Shown: positions 50,101 to 64,000 of the stretch, piece after piece | Layout: each line of letters starts with the position of its first letter | Numbering within the stretch: the stretch's first letter is position 1 | Assembly (NCBI GenBank): GCA_050084985.1 | Contig: JBITNC010000001.1 | Coordinates: forward strand, 146,010,001-146,074,000 | Direction of reading: 5' to 3' | DNA length: 64,000 nucleotides | DNA from: Nageia nagi | Taxonomy: Eukaryota; Plantae; Pinophyta | Program-made: the position numbers and the translations under genes | The notes under the pieces: model-generated | What the model was told of the DNA's origin: nothing | What the model saw: the letters and a program-made list of their open reading frames with translations, nothing else | The model's database searches: none

Positions 50101-53016
50101 CACCTATACATATGAAGTAGATGTTTCATTTTTGTAAAGCTAAGGATGTAGTCATAATTTTCTTGCATTATATATACTAATATCATGTTGGAAAACTTTT
50201 GATACATATAAGATTATCCTTCCTTGGATTATTACCAATAGGTTTACATATCAATTGTAGGCTATGATAGCTCCATATCAAACATGAATATCATAGTCTA
50301 TCAAAGTATATGATATTATCAAATGATACATCATGGATTACAAAACACTTAATTATTACATATATGTACCTTACATATAGTGTGGGGAATTTGTATCATA
50401 TAATTGTAGAGTTATTTGATGAAGTGCATTAAGTCTTCATTCTTTAGAAGTAAAACCTTTCCAATTTCATCCTTCATGATCCTCCAATGGTCCAAGGTTC
50501 ATTTATTGTGGGTACTAGGAATGGCTTATTAGTACTAAGAATCAAGACAACCTCTGACCAATATGTATATTATTCTAAATGCATTATAAATTATCCAAAT
50601 AATTTAGATATCTTATCTATTGGTCTTAGGAGGTTTTATGTTCTCTTAAAAACTACCTCCATTCCTTGGTTGAAGGGAAAAATTTCATGATTTAGTTGTT
50701 ACACATAACTCTTTTTGAAAATAATGTTAGGAACTGATCATCATACTACAAGGTTCATATTCATGGTATATCCTTTTCACATGTTACATTCATAAAAATT
50801 GATTTCTTTAACATAATTATTTCTATCAATGAGGTTTAATTATCATCTAATATTTAATTAATATTGGTATACACTATTTTCTCTAACCACATGTTATACT
50901 TCCAATGAAATCATGGCTCCTAATTAATTTTATAACATTTATACATCACACATATGTATTGTAAACCCTTGTTATCAATTTAATAATAAATGAATACCAT
51001 GTAGTAATTAAATATGGAACTTTGAATTTAGAAAATGGATTCATATATAGTGGTTTTCCAATTTCAATTAATGCCTCTTGAATTATGTAATCTACAACCA
51101 ACTTATTGGGGAGAAAGCCACATTACAGTGTAGGAAATAAAGAAAATACTCATGTTGAGGTCCTACAAAGACTCTAGCCATATTGTACATAATAAATATA
51201 ATGCTTCAACAAAAATAATACTATTGATTGAAGAACCTATTAATAGTTTGATGAATATCTTATTTCTACTATGCCTTCTACTTTTTGGTTAATGCCAAAC
51301 TAGTTACACTAATGGGATTCCATTATAAATTGCCTTATCTAAAGTGCATTATGCTCTAAAGGAAATATGTTCAATAAGTTTTATAAATAATTTACATGTA
51401 AACCTCATTGGAAAATACTCTCATAGAATACATAAGTCATCAAAAATGAACAAAACGAAAATTTTGGAGGGTTCTTGGGACAAATGCCTCTAGGATGCAA
51501 ATTAATATTGGGATAGGTATAACATAGAAGCATTAACCACCTATTTCATTTTTTATCTTAGGTATTGTTATGACCATGTGAAGTACAAATCAAAGAGTAC
51601 CTCAAAATACTAATATCCATGGATAAAAGGCCACATATGGTGCATGAAAAAGGCTCTAAAATTGTTGCAAACTATCCCGTTGTCATACCTCTTCACAGAT
51701 AGAATAAGTGGGAATCAAAATGTAGGATGTGTGCATCATAAAATCTTGTGAGTTGCCTAATAATTTACGTCATTCATGCACCATATCATTAGAATAATAT
51801 GTGAAGAGAAGACATGGGAGGCATATATTATGTAAGCCTCAGAATAGCTAGACCCAATGCCTCCTACAACACCATCTCATGGGTACATAATGATGGAATT
51901 GAAGGATTCCATACAACCAAGATATCTTGAAGTTTCTCCAATAAATCTACCATTTATCCATCTATCAAAGAAAGAAATAATAAAACAAAATATAACACAT
52001 CATATATAATGGTTTTTCCATCTCTTAGGAGTACATCCACTTTGAACCATCATTCTATTACTTCTCACAAGATAACTCTCCTACAACTCTACATGAAAGG
52101 CATTATCATGTTTGATCAGGTTTGATCAAATAACATAATGAGAAGAGTACCTTTCTATTGATAAGAACTAACCCACCCTTTAACCTTCCTTTTACCCAAG
52201 GGTAAGTTTAAAGATGTTCTTATATTTATCCTCTTTCTATATTTATTTCTCTTTCTATTTTTATTCCCTTAATGCTTTACGGTATCTAAAGATACTTTAA
52301 GCATTAAGTGAATTTATTTTAAAGAGCAATATTACATAATAAATATTTCATTACAAATTCCAACACTCCCTCTTAATGTAATATTGGATAGAGAGTCAAA
52401 AAAATAATGAGAAATAAGAAAGAGAAAGTAGAAGAGAGTTCTCCTCCAAGAAATACAAGTGGAGATGAGAAGTTTTTACATATTTGAGAAAGTAATAGAA
52501 TATAGATGGTTCTACAATGGCTCAACTATATAATCATTTTAACAAATGATTTTACAATACAATCATTAATTAAAAAATGGTTTCTTTCTTCAAGCAGCTC
52601 AAAAACAAGATCAAATAGATACATCATATACACTCATCTAAGATATTTCATCCATGAATTGATCAAATATACCAAGTCATCACATATGCACAATCAACCA
52701 AGTGATATTAATGCATTTTCAACCAAGTATATAAAAAATATTATTAAAAAAATTGATTTTTGATTTTTATATTTATGTATTTTAGATCATTATTTTGTAT
52801 TTGTTGAAGGTATCATCATATCATAATATTTCATAATTTATTTCTTCCCCTTGATGATAACTTCACCAAATAAATATTTATGTGATCACATTAGCTTAAC
52901 CATGTCACAAATTATCAAAAAATAATATAACTAAATCATAAGTTTAGATTTTTAAGCCACATATACCAACTTGACCAAACACAAAGCCAATATTTACAAA
53001 GCATAAGCCACATACT

Positions 53017-53350
53017 AAATCAACTTGAATTTAATTAGAGCAAGCCAAGATGCCATAATAAATAAACTTGAATTTAACAAGAGTGAGTCAATATGCCATA
53101 ATAAATAAACTTGACTTTACCAAGAGTGATTCAAGATGACATCTTAATCATGCTACTAGTTAAGATGTATATGATGGAAAAAGATAGCATTCATGCAATA
53201 AGGATGCAATTTTCCATCAAATATTGTAATGTGGAGAAGGGTAAACTTTTTTAACCACTCTAACATTCAATAATCATGAAGAAGGTTTAACCTTTTTAAC
53301 CACTCCAATAATATAGTTATGGAGAAGGTCAAACCTTTTTAACAACTCCA
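53017..53350. repeat. Two short tandem arrays (about 44-bp x3 and about 45-bp x3) in the copia 3' region
   Basis: aacttga(a/c)ttta...atgccataataaat repeats; gaagg...ttttaaccactc repeats. Confidence 0.75.
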
Positions 53351-54894
53351 TACATTACAAATAGCAATGTGGTAAACAATCCATTATGATGGATCTAACT
53401 TCCTAACATGGAGGAATAATATGGTAAACAATGCCCCATAAGTCATCACAAATATGTGAAGCTAATACTCATTGTCACAATCCTCCTAAGGATGAACTAA
53501 GCATTACTTCAATCCTTCTTGAGAAAAAATTTATTAACCTTAGCAATTAGAATTTAGGTAAAAAATATCAATGAATTCTTGTTTTTATGGACAATAAACA
53601 CAAAGTCCTATAAAAAATTTACTTCTTGATAAAAAATATGCTTGAATATCATACTCCCTCTTAAGGGTAATTTCATTAAATAATTAAGGCAATTTACAAA
53701 ACTCTACAAAATTAGAGAGGAATGTTCATTTTCCAAAGGTACTTACACACTTCCTTTCCAAAACAAGATTAATATTGCATTATCAATATCCTCAATAAGT
53801 CTTGTGGAGAAATTTTAAAACTTGTTCACTCCAATAAGTATAATACCCAATGTTGAGTAAGTTTATAAACTCTACTCTAACAAGCATGTGTGCACAACAA
53901 AAAACATCCAACTAGGATAAAAACATAATGTGCATAACCAATGAGGATAGAAATATTTAAAGAAAGCTTACACAAACTTTTTACTTCAAATGATATGCAT
54001 ATTAACTAGCAATTTATAATCCAATGCACATTAGGCATACTGAAATTTTTGCAATATAAATTAATGCAACCAATAAATTTTGTATATATCAAAGGTTGAA
54101 AGAAATTTTCACTTAAATTTCAAATATTATGCACATCTAAGCACATCACATTAATAAGGAGAGGGAATATCAGTGTTTTGGAAGAAATTTTTAATTAAAT
54201 TTTTCTCTTCAAAATTTTGATTGAAGTGGGGTGGACATTATTAATAATTTTTTTAAAAGATTACCTTAAAAAATTAAAATAAATATGTACAATTGGAATA
54301 TTTTCCAATTAGTATCATAAGATTATAAACATAATCTCATTTTATCCAAAAATATGTGTGTCCAAGACATAATTTTGCAAAATAAATTAGTTTGTAATAT
54401 TTTACAAAAAAAAATGTTATAGTTATAAACCATAAGCATGTGTGTTGCAAAAGCTTTTAATGTTATAATAACATTATCAAAAGTTTTCAAATAACAATTT
54501 TAAGCTTTATTGAAAAAATTAGGAAAGGTCATATTCCTTACCATAAAGTAAGAAATTACACATGATAAATTAAACATACTAATGTGCTTTGTATTTAAAT
54601 ATTTTACCTTTAAATATTTAAATAACAAATAGTTTACAAAAAAAATTAAAAATAAATTTGATATTAACACTTACCACCACATAGTTAAATATACCAATTT
54701 TTTAAAAAAAATTGATAAGGTAACATGTCTTTTGTAAAATTTCCAAAAAAGTTTATCTTTATATTAAAAATATGCATAAAGTAAAAAACTTGCCTTATAA
54801 AATAAGTACAAAACCTTCCTTTTTTTATTAATAGAATTTATATCTAAAAAAAAAAAAAAACTTATTTTTTAAATAAAAGGCAAAAAAAAAATTA

Positions 54895-55435
54895 AATGAA
54901 GGGGCTACTTGCCAAGACTATGGTGCACCATCCCATTGGAGAGGGTTGTTGGCCTATGCCACATATGCCTCCTCTATAGAGAGAAGGCCAACTAGTGCTA
55001 AGTGAACCATCCCAAGGGGGGCATCAGCTAAGGCTAAGTGTACCTCCCAAAGGGGGATAGATGGCCTACACCGAGCATGCAAGCTTAAAGAGGTAAGTGA
55101 TTGGCTATTATGCCATGTACTACCCCATAAGAGGGAAGCCACCAGCCAAGGTCAAGTGCACCACTCCCAAAGGGGGGCCATTGGCTTGAGATAAGTGTGC
55201 CACCCTAAAGGGGGCCATTAGCCAGAGCTGAGCATGCTTCCTCCAAGGGGGGCCTCTAGCCTAAGCCATGCACACCTCCCCAAGTGGCTCCATCAACCTT
55301 ATGTACCTCTCTAGTCCATATGTACCTCCTTAAGAGGGGCTACTAACCTAAGCTAAGTGTGCCACCCAAAGGGGTTGACTAGCTAAACTATCATGCCCAC
55401 CAGTGCCATCAACTATTGCCAAGCACATCCCACTA
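54895..55435. repeat. GC-rich degenerate minisatellite, unit about 44 bp, inside the nested copia
   Basis: Recurring aagtg(c/t)acc...cccaa(a)ggggg(g)cca...agc motif, about a dozen copies, between AT-rich flanks. Confidence 0.75.
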
Positions 55436-57949
55436 GGGTGGAAAGTTTTTTATTATTTTTAATATATTTAAAAAAACTATTTTTAAATAAAATATTCTAT
55501 TAAGAAATAAAAAAAATAAAAATAAATTTGTGTAAAATATTTTTTTTTTAAATTTAACATAATATATATATAGAAATAGACACACACTATTTTTTGTAAG
55601 TATATATAATACATATATTTTAAACAAACTAGATATTGCAATGCAATTTTTACAATAATACTAGAATTGTAAAAATTACAAGAATAGCATTATAGTTTAA
55701 AAATAATTTGCAAAACTTAAACTATAATCACTCATTATTGCTATACTAAATCAATTTTACTCAAAACATGCATATTATAGCTACACATTAAGCAATATTA
55801 CTTAAAAATTTGCAACTAAAAAACTATTATTAGTAAATAGTAATGTATAGAAATAGCATAGAAATTGAACTAAAATGTTATTATAAACAATATTTGATAA
55901 AGAATAAGGTAGGAGGGAGATTATACCTTCAAACCTTTTTACCTCAAGAAAGAAGAGGAAGGACCTACAAGGAATGGCTTTAATACCACTTGATGGAATT
56001 TAAGGATTCTATATAACCAATATCACCTTGAAGTTTCTCCAAATATACCATTAATCAATATAGCAAAGCAAGAAACAATCACATAAAAGATAACACATCA
56101 TGTATAGTGGTTTCTCCATCTCTTGAGAGTGCATCCACTTTGAACCATCATTCTATTACTTGGAACAAGATAAATCTCCTACAACTATACATGACAAGCT
56201 TTAGCATGCTTGATCAAGTTTGATCAAGTAACATAATAAGAGGAGTACCTCTCTATTTATAAGAATTAACCCATCCTTTAACCTTCCTTTTACCTAAGGA
56301 TAAGATTGAAGATGTTCCTATATTTATCCTCTTTCTATATTTATTTCTCTTTCTATTTTTATTCTCTTAATGCTTTAAGGTATCTAAAGATACTTTAAGT
56401 ATTAAGTGAATTTACATTAAAGAGAAATATTACACAATAAATATTACATTATAATTTCCAACACACAATACACTAGGGAGTTTTATTGAAAGGGCCTACA
56501 AGTGATCTAGAAATTGGAACAGAGATTAAAGGTCTTCATAGATTCCCATTACCATTTCATGGCATGATGTATTCAATGATTAGTATGTTCAAAAATAATA
56601 ATTAAAATGAATATTCCACATAAAATAATTGTACTTTAAACTTCTCACTAAATAGATTTGATTTTAAAAACAATAAACTTTTCTCCTTTTTACTTTAAAG
56701 ACAAGTGCCACCAAGCCATCACATTTAAGAATATCAAATAAAATGAATAATATGTCCTTATAATAAGAGTGAAACTATTACAAATAATTAACATCATTAA
56801 CATTTCATAAACCTTGGTCAAGTAGTCCTTTCTTTACAGCATACTAAATAATACCAAATAAATCCATGACTATAGCTAGACATTTTAGCATTAGTATCTA
56901 AAATGAAAAGGAATGCAGCTAGGCTTGAGAGGAGGGGATTTCTTTTTGCCTAGGAATCTAAGCCAAAGTTTGAAAATAGAGGAAAATATTATGATAAGGT
57001 GTATTTTTCTAAGGTTTATACATTTATTTATTACCAAGGTTAGTATAATATTTCCAAAATAAGTTTCTATTCATCTAGCTCAAGAACTTTTTTATGGAAG
57101 GTATTGCTATTCTATTTTATTTTTTGTGGTGGGTCTCAATTCATTTTGCTGGTAAGTGTGGTGTAAGAAAAAATATTTTGAATCCTTTATATTAGACTTC
57201 AAATTGAGTCTAATTATTTTTTGTGCCTAACAAAAGGATATAAGGTATGTGGGGATCTAATCTCCATCATTTTTGTAAAATCACAAAATACCTTTGTAAC
57301 CTCTGCAACAAGAAAATAATCCTTTTTAACTATAACTTTTTAATTTCACCCAATTTACTAAAATCCTTAATTGAAAAATTTAAATTCAATGAATATAATA
57401 TTCCTTACCTCATATGAAGATAGTCAATAAATTTGGGAAGAGTACATCAAACTTTTGACACACTTTTTTACCTATAGTGATCCCTTCATCTTGCAAAGTA
57501 ATTTCACTAGTGCACACATATACATACAATATCAAAATTGAATATTATGTATAATAATTATTGTATGCATCTATATGATCTATAATGTTCCTTAGGATTT
57601 GTTAATAAATCAACATCAATCATTTCCTCACTCTTACCAATTCATTCCCATAACCAATTCACCCTTGGTCCCTTAGTTCCTTATGTTAACTCCTCATCTT
57701 GACTTAACTTGTAGCTTGTGCCATAAAATCTCAAATCCAACATCAAATTGGCACAACTAATGTATATATCCATTCAAAATTACTCATTTCACATTATAAA
57801 TAATCTTAATCATAATCAAATCCTTAATGGTGTTTGAGTCTCAATAAGTTCAATTGGGAGGGTCATTACATACTAACCCCCTTAAAAGGACCACAATCAC
57901 CTATGTTCTTAAATATGATCATAAAGTTTTGATAATATTTTACATATTC

Positions 57950-59230
57950 ACTCAAGCAAATAAGGAGATTATTTTCTCATGGTGGATTCATCTTCCCAAG
58001 TGGAATACAACTCAAAGTACTTATCAGACTAGACTAAATATTCATTAATCTTCTAACTTGTTAGTTTCCTAGTTCTAAAAGATAGGATCCTAATAGACTT
58101 AACTTCAATAGAATCATGGTCTAGCATATACAAATTAAAAAGAAAAATCCCACAAATGAGAAGAGTTAGCAACATATTTTCTTAGTAGAGAGACATGAAA
58201 GACATCATGCATTTTTTACAAACTTGGTGGCAAAGCAAGTTTGTAGGCAATTGGGATCTTCTTCTCAACTATTTCAAAAGGATCAACAAACCAGGCATCT
58301 AATTTGCTAGAATTTATGACACTTTCAATTGTTAGATTCATACAAATACTTTTTATCCACATAAAATTCTCAAAGAGTTCTCTCAAGATGAGGATAACTC
58401 TTTTATCAATCAGTAGCTTCCTTGAGCTTTCATTGAATGGACTTTAGCTACTCCTTCATTTGCTTTAACATTTTATATTAGATCATGAATCAATCCTCTC
58501 AATTGTACCAAGACAAAGGAGTCATGCATCTCCTTTTATAAAGAACCTCAAAGGGTCTATTCCAAAATATGAATGGTATCTATTACTATAGGCAAATTTA
58601 ACTAAGTAGAGGTAATCTTCCCATTTAGTTTTTTGCTCCAAGCAGTACATTCTAATAATGTCCTCAATAACTCTATTCACTCATTCAATCTAGACATCTT
58701 TCTCTTGGTGATATGTTAAAATCATGTTCAACTTCATTCATAATTCCTTATCCAATGCTTTCCAAATGACAAAGGTGAACTTAGAATTCCTATCTAAGAT
58801 TATCACCTCAAGAAATTCATGCAAATTGAAAATTTCATGGGACAATTTATTTTCCACTATAGGGGAATCATTAGTGGTGTTGCTAGTTATGAAATGCACT
58901 ACCTTAGTCAATCTATCAATCATTACTAAACTTAAGTCATGATGGATTTTTATTTTTGAAAAACCAATAATAAAATCCATCAAAATTACCTACCATTTAT
59001 GCATATGAACATCATATAGATACAGATATCCACTTGGATGTTGATGTTCCACCATCACTTTTTGATATTCAAGATATCTTGTTATAAATTTTGCTATATC
59101 TCTTTTTATGCCATCCTAATAAAATCTCTAGTTTAGGTCTTCTCTCATCTTTTTACCTCCCAAATGTTCTACATACGGGGGATGATGGGTATCTTTCATG
59201 ATCAATCTTCTTAAATTTCATTCTTTGAGA
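57950..59230 (-). pseudogene. Gypsy integrase (HHCC, core) and chromodomain remnant
   Basis: LRRLIMKDTHHPPYVEHLGGKKM...DIAKFITRYLEYQKVMVEHQHPSG; MDFIIG...IDRLTKVVHFI...IILDRNSKFT; chromodomain IRILSFRTRKL...EYLV*...STWEDE...PYL. Confidence 0.85.
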
Positions 59231-59389
59231 TGACTAATCTATCCTTAAAACAGATAATTCTATCCTTTTCAATAAAATCTTAGGATTATGGGGTACATTT
59301 CCCTATCAATTCCTAAATAGACTTACAATATGTGTCTTCTTACTATAAAACATTCACTTGGTTTCACAAATGAAATTGAATTGTTCTCA

Positions 59390-60430
59390 TGGTATTTCTA
59401 TCTAGATCCAAATCTAATTGCCACCCATTTTTCAAAATGTTTGGTGCCTTTGACATATATTTAACTAACGAATTTGAAATAAAACTATTTCTAGCACCAT
59501 AATCTATCAAGGACCTAAAAGATTTGTTAGAACTTTTAACAAGGATTTGAAGATGTGTGGCTTATCTTTTATTCTATCCTAATCTGGTGGCTTCAAATAT
59601 ATGATGCTCTTTGGATTGATCTATCTTTAGAGGATATTGATTAACATAGTGAGCTCCATCATAATTCCAGCATCCATCTCTAGGATCCTTCTTGTATTTT
59701 TTAAACTTGTTCTTAAATGCATTTTGATTGATTATTTGGTCTAGGAATCCTTAACTATGGTTCCTAAAACCTTGGCTTCCATTCTCAAGGTTAAAATTTT
59801 GCTTACAGAACTATTAACTTTTCCTCTAAAAATTCTTCTTATAACCCTTATTTCTAAATGACCTTTTCTCAAATTTGGGTTGGTTACCAGATTTATAGCA
59901 TTAGTTATTGATGCTCTACACTTTTACTCTTCTAATAGATGTCCTTATCTTTTTCATCTGCAAAACTATAGCTTACAAAGGTCTTCTTGAAACCTAAATT
60001 ACTTTTTTCCCTTTTGTGAGGTCATATGCTTCTTCAAGTATTTTGAGATTCAATACATTCACCATAATCTTAATCTTAGGATCAAATCCAACAAGAAACC
60101 TATGAACCTTCATATGGTTCTTATCTTTAGGGACATATTTGAGTAGCCTAAAAACTCTTTAGTGATAGCTTTAAACACTCATAGATCCTTGTTGTAGGGT
60201 ATAGTACTCTTCATACTTTCTATCATAGTAATGGATCCCATGCTCAATCTTGTAAGCATTCCACTTCTCTAGTGCAATATCCTAAAAGTTGTAGGTATCT
60301 CATACAATTTTGACTTCCAAGAGACAAGTTCTTCATTAAGAAGTACATTTTTGCTTCTTCTAACCATACTTCAGCTTTCTTACCCTCTTGCTTACTATTA
60401 AACTTTGGGATATGAGATTTTTTAAGGTCT
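59390..60430 (-). pseudogene. Gypsy gag and aspartic protease remnant
   Basis: YYDRKYEEYYTLQQGSMSV*...LLKYVP...KVHRFLVG (Retrotrans_gag); protease LIDYGARNSFIS near 59475-59512. Confidence 0.8.
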
Positions 60431-60928
60431 AATGCAAGTTCTTATTCAATTTTTTCTTAAATTTGGTCATTCATCCCTTCAAGTATTACTTGTTTTGGAA
60501 TAGATTCTTCTCTTAGAGGTTCAACCTACTAATTTCTAATATTATTTATAATCTTTTGTTATTTTTCCACCTATTCTTGTAACCTTATGAATGCTTCTTT
60601 AGTTTCATTATTTTGGGTGGAATGACTTGTAAAACTCTCATTTCATTATTAGCAACCCTTCTATTAGTATTTCACATTATTATGTTTCTTGCATTCTAAC
60701 CCCTAAAATTCCCTATATTTCCCCTTGTATTATCATATACAAGAAGCCCTTTTTTGGCACCTCATTGTAGGTTTCTTGAAGATCTTATTAGGAATATTGG
60801 AATTGCCATATTCTGAGTCCACATAATGGTGTTATCATTATGCTCAAGTATACTCATCTTGACTTCCAAAACTATTATAATAAAAGAGTCATAGGTCTGA
60901 GAGTTTAAACTTGATGCTTTGATACCAA

Positions 60929-63900
60929 TGGAATGGTAACACATATTTAAGATAATGTTTTACCTATTCCCAACATTACAAAATCCTAAAAAAATTATTA
61001 TTTTAAACACTTGAATGTTCTAAGAATGGACCAAGAGATCCATATGAGCATATCAATTCTTTTAGCTAGTAAGCACTCATATGGAAAGATTAGAAAAAAT
61101 TGGATTAGCTAATCCTAATCAAATTCATTCTAGTGTTCACCCCATAATACTCATCCCATCAAGAGATGCCTTGTAAGTGATCCCACCATTTCAACTCATG
61201 AGCTATGTAATAGAATTCTTGGTCATAACATAGTGGCTTCCTACTTGAGGTCTATATCACCTAAGAGAATGCACATCCACTAAGTTGTGCATCCTCTTCT
61301 AATAATAACCGTCTGACTCATAAGAGGATACATTTGTTCCTAGGAAAACTTCATTATGAGTGGGTAAACATCATCACCTATGGAACAGTCATTATACTCC
61401 TATATGTTAAACTACAAGTAGTATGACTACTAAATTATTATTTTATCGACTCTTACCCTCATCTAGCATCCTATCAAGGATATCAGACACTAGCCTACCC
61501 ATATTTAATGGTTGGGATCACCATGGGGTCTAACATCTTCATGCCCATATCTTTGAAATCCATGGGTATTGGAGTAATAACCTCAAGTGGTTTGTATAGT
61601 GTAGTAAGTTTTAAGCAAGATTATAAAATAAAACCACCCCATGTCCTATTGATCCTAGAAATAATTTATCTTAGATCAATTATTAAGGTTTATAAGTTTT
61701 ATACTTACACCAAACATTAGATGTTACCTTAGTATAATTTTATGATAAACAAACCATCCTTTACATTTTTAAACTAACAGGTAATAATTCAATAATGTAT
61801 GTAAAAGTTTCAACCCAAACTTGTTCACAAAGTAACTAAGAATATTTGAAAGTAATACAATTTTCCTATATACATGGTGTTGTTTATAGACTATTACTTT
61901 ATAATATTTTTTGCATGCTAGAATTTATTAACAAGCCTTTAGACTATACTAAAGTCAACTACTTCTAACAAGGAAGCATGTTGTAAATTAGTTCTCACTC
62001 AAGGAATATTCCTTTCTCCTTTCCATTAGTAATTAGTATTTTGACTAATGAACATTCTATATCATTTTCATCATTATTGAGACAATATATAAGTTTCCTT
62101 CTTTCATAAATAATTCAATTTTATGCAATCTACTCTATCCTTATAGGGCTTATCACCTAACATATATCCTCTCTAAATTTCCATATCAAGTATCATTACT
62201 CAAGATGATTATTCATTTCATGAGACTATAAATATCTTCAACTTCATTATTACTTTTTTTTTTCTCATTAGGAACTCTTATTCATTTTCCCTCTTCAATC
62301 TAATTATATATTACTTACTATGTGTTATGAACTCACATTTATCATAGGTTAATACGAAGTTATTTTGTTATATTAAGTAATATTTACAAGTGTCTATGGT
62401 TAATGATATCTATCCATAATATTCAATTTAGTATTCATCCATACTTAAATAGGGAGTGTAGTGTTACCAAATAAATCTATTTCTAATAGGGATCCTTTCT
62501 TTTTACATAATTTGGGTGATACCTTACAATATTAACTTATGAATAACTTGGGAAAACAATATTTTCCTCTTAATAAATTCATAATTACACCTATACATAT
62601 GAAGTGAATGTTTAATTTTTGTAAAGATAAGGATGTAATCATAATTTCCTTACATTATATGTAGTAATATCATGTAGGGACACTTTTTATACATATAATA
62701 TTATCCCATAGAGTTAATCACATTAAAGGCCTTCCATGGATTATTACCAACAGGTTTACATATGAACTATAGGCTATGATACCTCCATTGCAAACATAAA
62801 GATCATAGTCTATCAAATTATAGGATATTCTCAAATGATACATCATGATTATGAAATACTTAATTACATATATGTATCTTACATACAATGTATGGAATTT
62901 ACATCATATCATTATAGACTTATTTGATGAAGTGCATTAATTCTTCATCCTTTGGAAGTAACACCTTTCCATATTTATCCTTTATGCTCCTCCAAGGGCC
63001 CAAGGTTCACTAATTTTGAATAATAGGAATGGCTTATTAGTGTTGATGATCAAGAAAACCTCTTACTAGTATGTATATTATTTTAAATTCATCATAAATC
63101 ATCCAAATAGTTTATATACCCTATTTATGGACCTCTAGAGGTTTTATATTCTCTTTAGAACTACCTCCCTTCTTTGGTTAAAGGGAAAATTTTTACAATT
63201 TAGTTGTTACATATAACTGCTTCTCAAAATAATGTTAGGAACTCATCATCATACTACAAGGTTCATCTTCATGGTATATCCTTTTTCACATGTTACATTC
63301 CTAAAAATTGATTTCTTTGACACAATTATTTCAATCAATGAGGTTTAACTATCATCTAATATTTAATTAATATAAGTATATACTATTTTCTCTTACCACA
63401 TGCTATCATTTCAATGAAATCATGGCTCCCAATTTATTTTAAAACCTTTTTACATCACATATATTTATTATAAATCCTTGTAATCTATTTTATATTAAAA
63501 ACAAAGGAATGCCATGTAGTATTTAACTATGATGCTTTGCATTTGGAAAAGGGGTTCATATATAGTGGGTTTCCAATGTCAACTAATAACTCCTCAATTA
63601 TGTAATCTAAAATTAACTTATTTGGAAAAAAGCCACATTACAATGTAGGAAATAATGAAAATACTCACATTGAGGGCCTGTGAAGGCTCTAACCATGTTA
63701 TACATAATTAATAGAATGCTTCATTGAATGTAATACTATGGAATGAAGAACCAATGACTACTTTGATGGATATCTCATTGCCACTATGCCTTCTACTCTC
63801 TGATTAATGCTAAACTAGTTATGCTAATGGGATTGCATAGTAAATTGCCTTATCTAATGTGCATTATGCTCCAAAGGAAATACATTTAGAAAGTTTTGTA

Positions 63901-64000
63901 AACCATTTACCTATAAATCTTATTGAAAATAATCTTGTAAAATGCACAAGTCATTGGAAATGAATAGAATAAAAATGTTGGAATGTACCTAGAATAAATG
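60929..64000 (-). repeat. 5' LTR of the Tekay-like element (truncated by the window end)
   Basis: Follows the PBS; about 3 kb of continuous similarity to 48521-51490, with a ~130-bp extra segment near 61930-62055. Confidence 0.8.

Larger units (their letters stand above)
51891..56463 (-). mobile_element. Old non-autonomous copia-type element nested in the Tekay 3' LTR; LTRs 51891-52365 and 55991-56463
   Basis: Direct repeats of about 475 bp (TGATGG...CCAACA); TSD CATAA/CACAA (one transition); degenerate iMet PBS ggctttaatacca at about 55976-55988; PPT ctccctcttaa at 52366; RNase H-like remnant (YCP*KQEFIDIF) near 53560-53600. Confidence 0.85.
48521..57870 (-). repeat. 3' LTR of the Tekay-like element (about 4.8 kb after removing the nested copia)
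   Basis: Starts TGTAA at 48521, ends TTACA at 57870 next to the PPT; homologous to 60929 onward. Confidence 0.7.
48521..64000 (-). mobile_element. Decayed Tekay/Del-like chromovirus (Ty3/gypsy) with very long LTRs and no RT/RNase H; 5' LTR runs off the window
   Basis: 48521 to about 51490 is co-linear with 60929-64000. PBS remnant gctttgatacca at 60916-60927; PPT remnant at 57871-57888 before TGTAATGACC; internal gag, protease, integrase and chromodomain remnants. Confidence 0.85.

Noticed and set aside
54895-55435. Possible CRISPR-like repeat-spacer array
   Set aside because: Degenerate head-to-tail units without unique spacers, eukaryotic TE context, no cas genes.
1-64000. Species assignment (the low GC and all-context decay recall gnetophytes such as Welwitschia)
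   Set aside because: Cannot be established without a database search; only a gymnosperm-like plant origin is inferred.

Overview
Eukaryotic, repeat-dominated, very AT-rich and CpG-depleted DNA with the look of a heavily methylated plant (probably gymnosperm) genome; the taxon is inferred from TE types and decay pattern only. I found no intact host gene, rRNA, tRNA or CRISPR array. Main contents: (1) a young, complete but disabled Ty1/copia element (21016-26302, minus strand, 553-bp LTRs about 98% identical, GGAGC TSD). It is inserted near codon 30 of an intronless F-box/kelch-type beta-propeller pseudogene (ATG at 26391, body 21010 to about 19922) in a CpG-retaining island. (2) Four tandem copies of that gene's C-terminal module, three ending in CaaX prenylation-like motifs (CRIM*, CNMI*, CRMI*). 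(3) A second, strongly deaminated paralog of the same gene at about 6230-7080. (4) An unusual 933-bp gypsy-derived insertion (32665-33597): one LTR, PBS and gag start, bounded by perfect 37-bp inverted repeats made from the LTR tip and by a 5-bp TSD. A solo LTR of the same family lies at 17422-17955. (5) A Tekay-like chromovirus lacking RT/RNase H with roughly 4.8-kb LTRs (48521 to beyond 64000), with an old non-autonomous copia nested in one LTR. (6) An L1-type LINE remnant, a 2.4-kb x3 tandem array interrupted by a Helitron-like insert carrying a MITE, several gag remnants, and small tandem duplications and palindromes. All identities and counts are from reading by eye.
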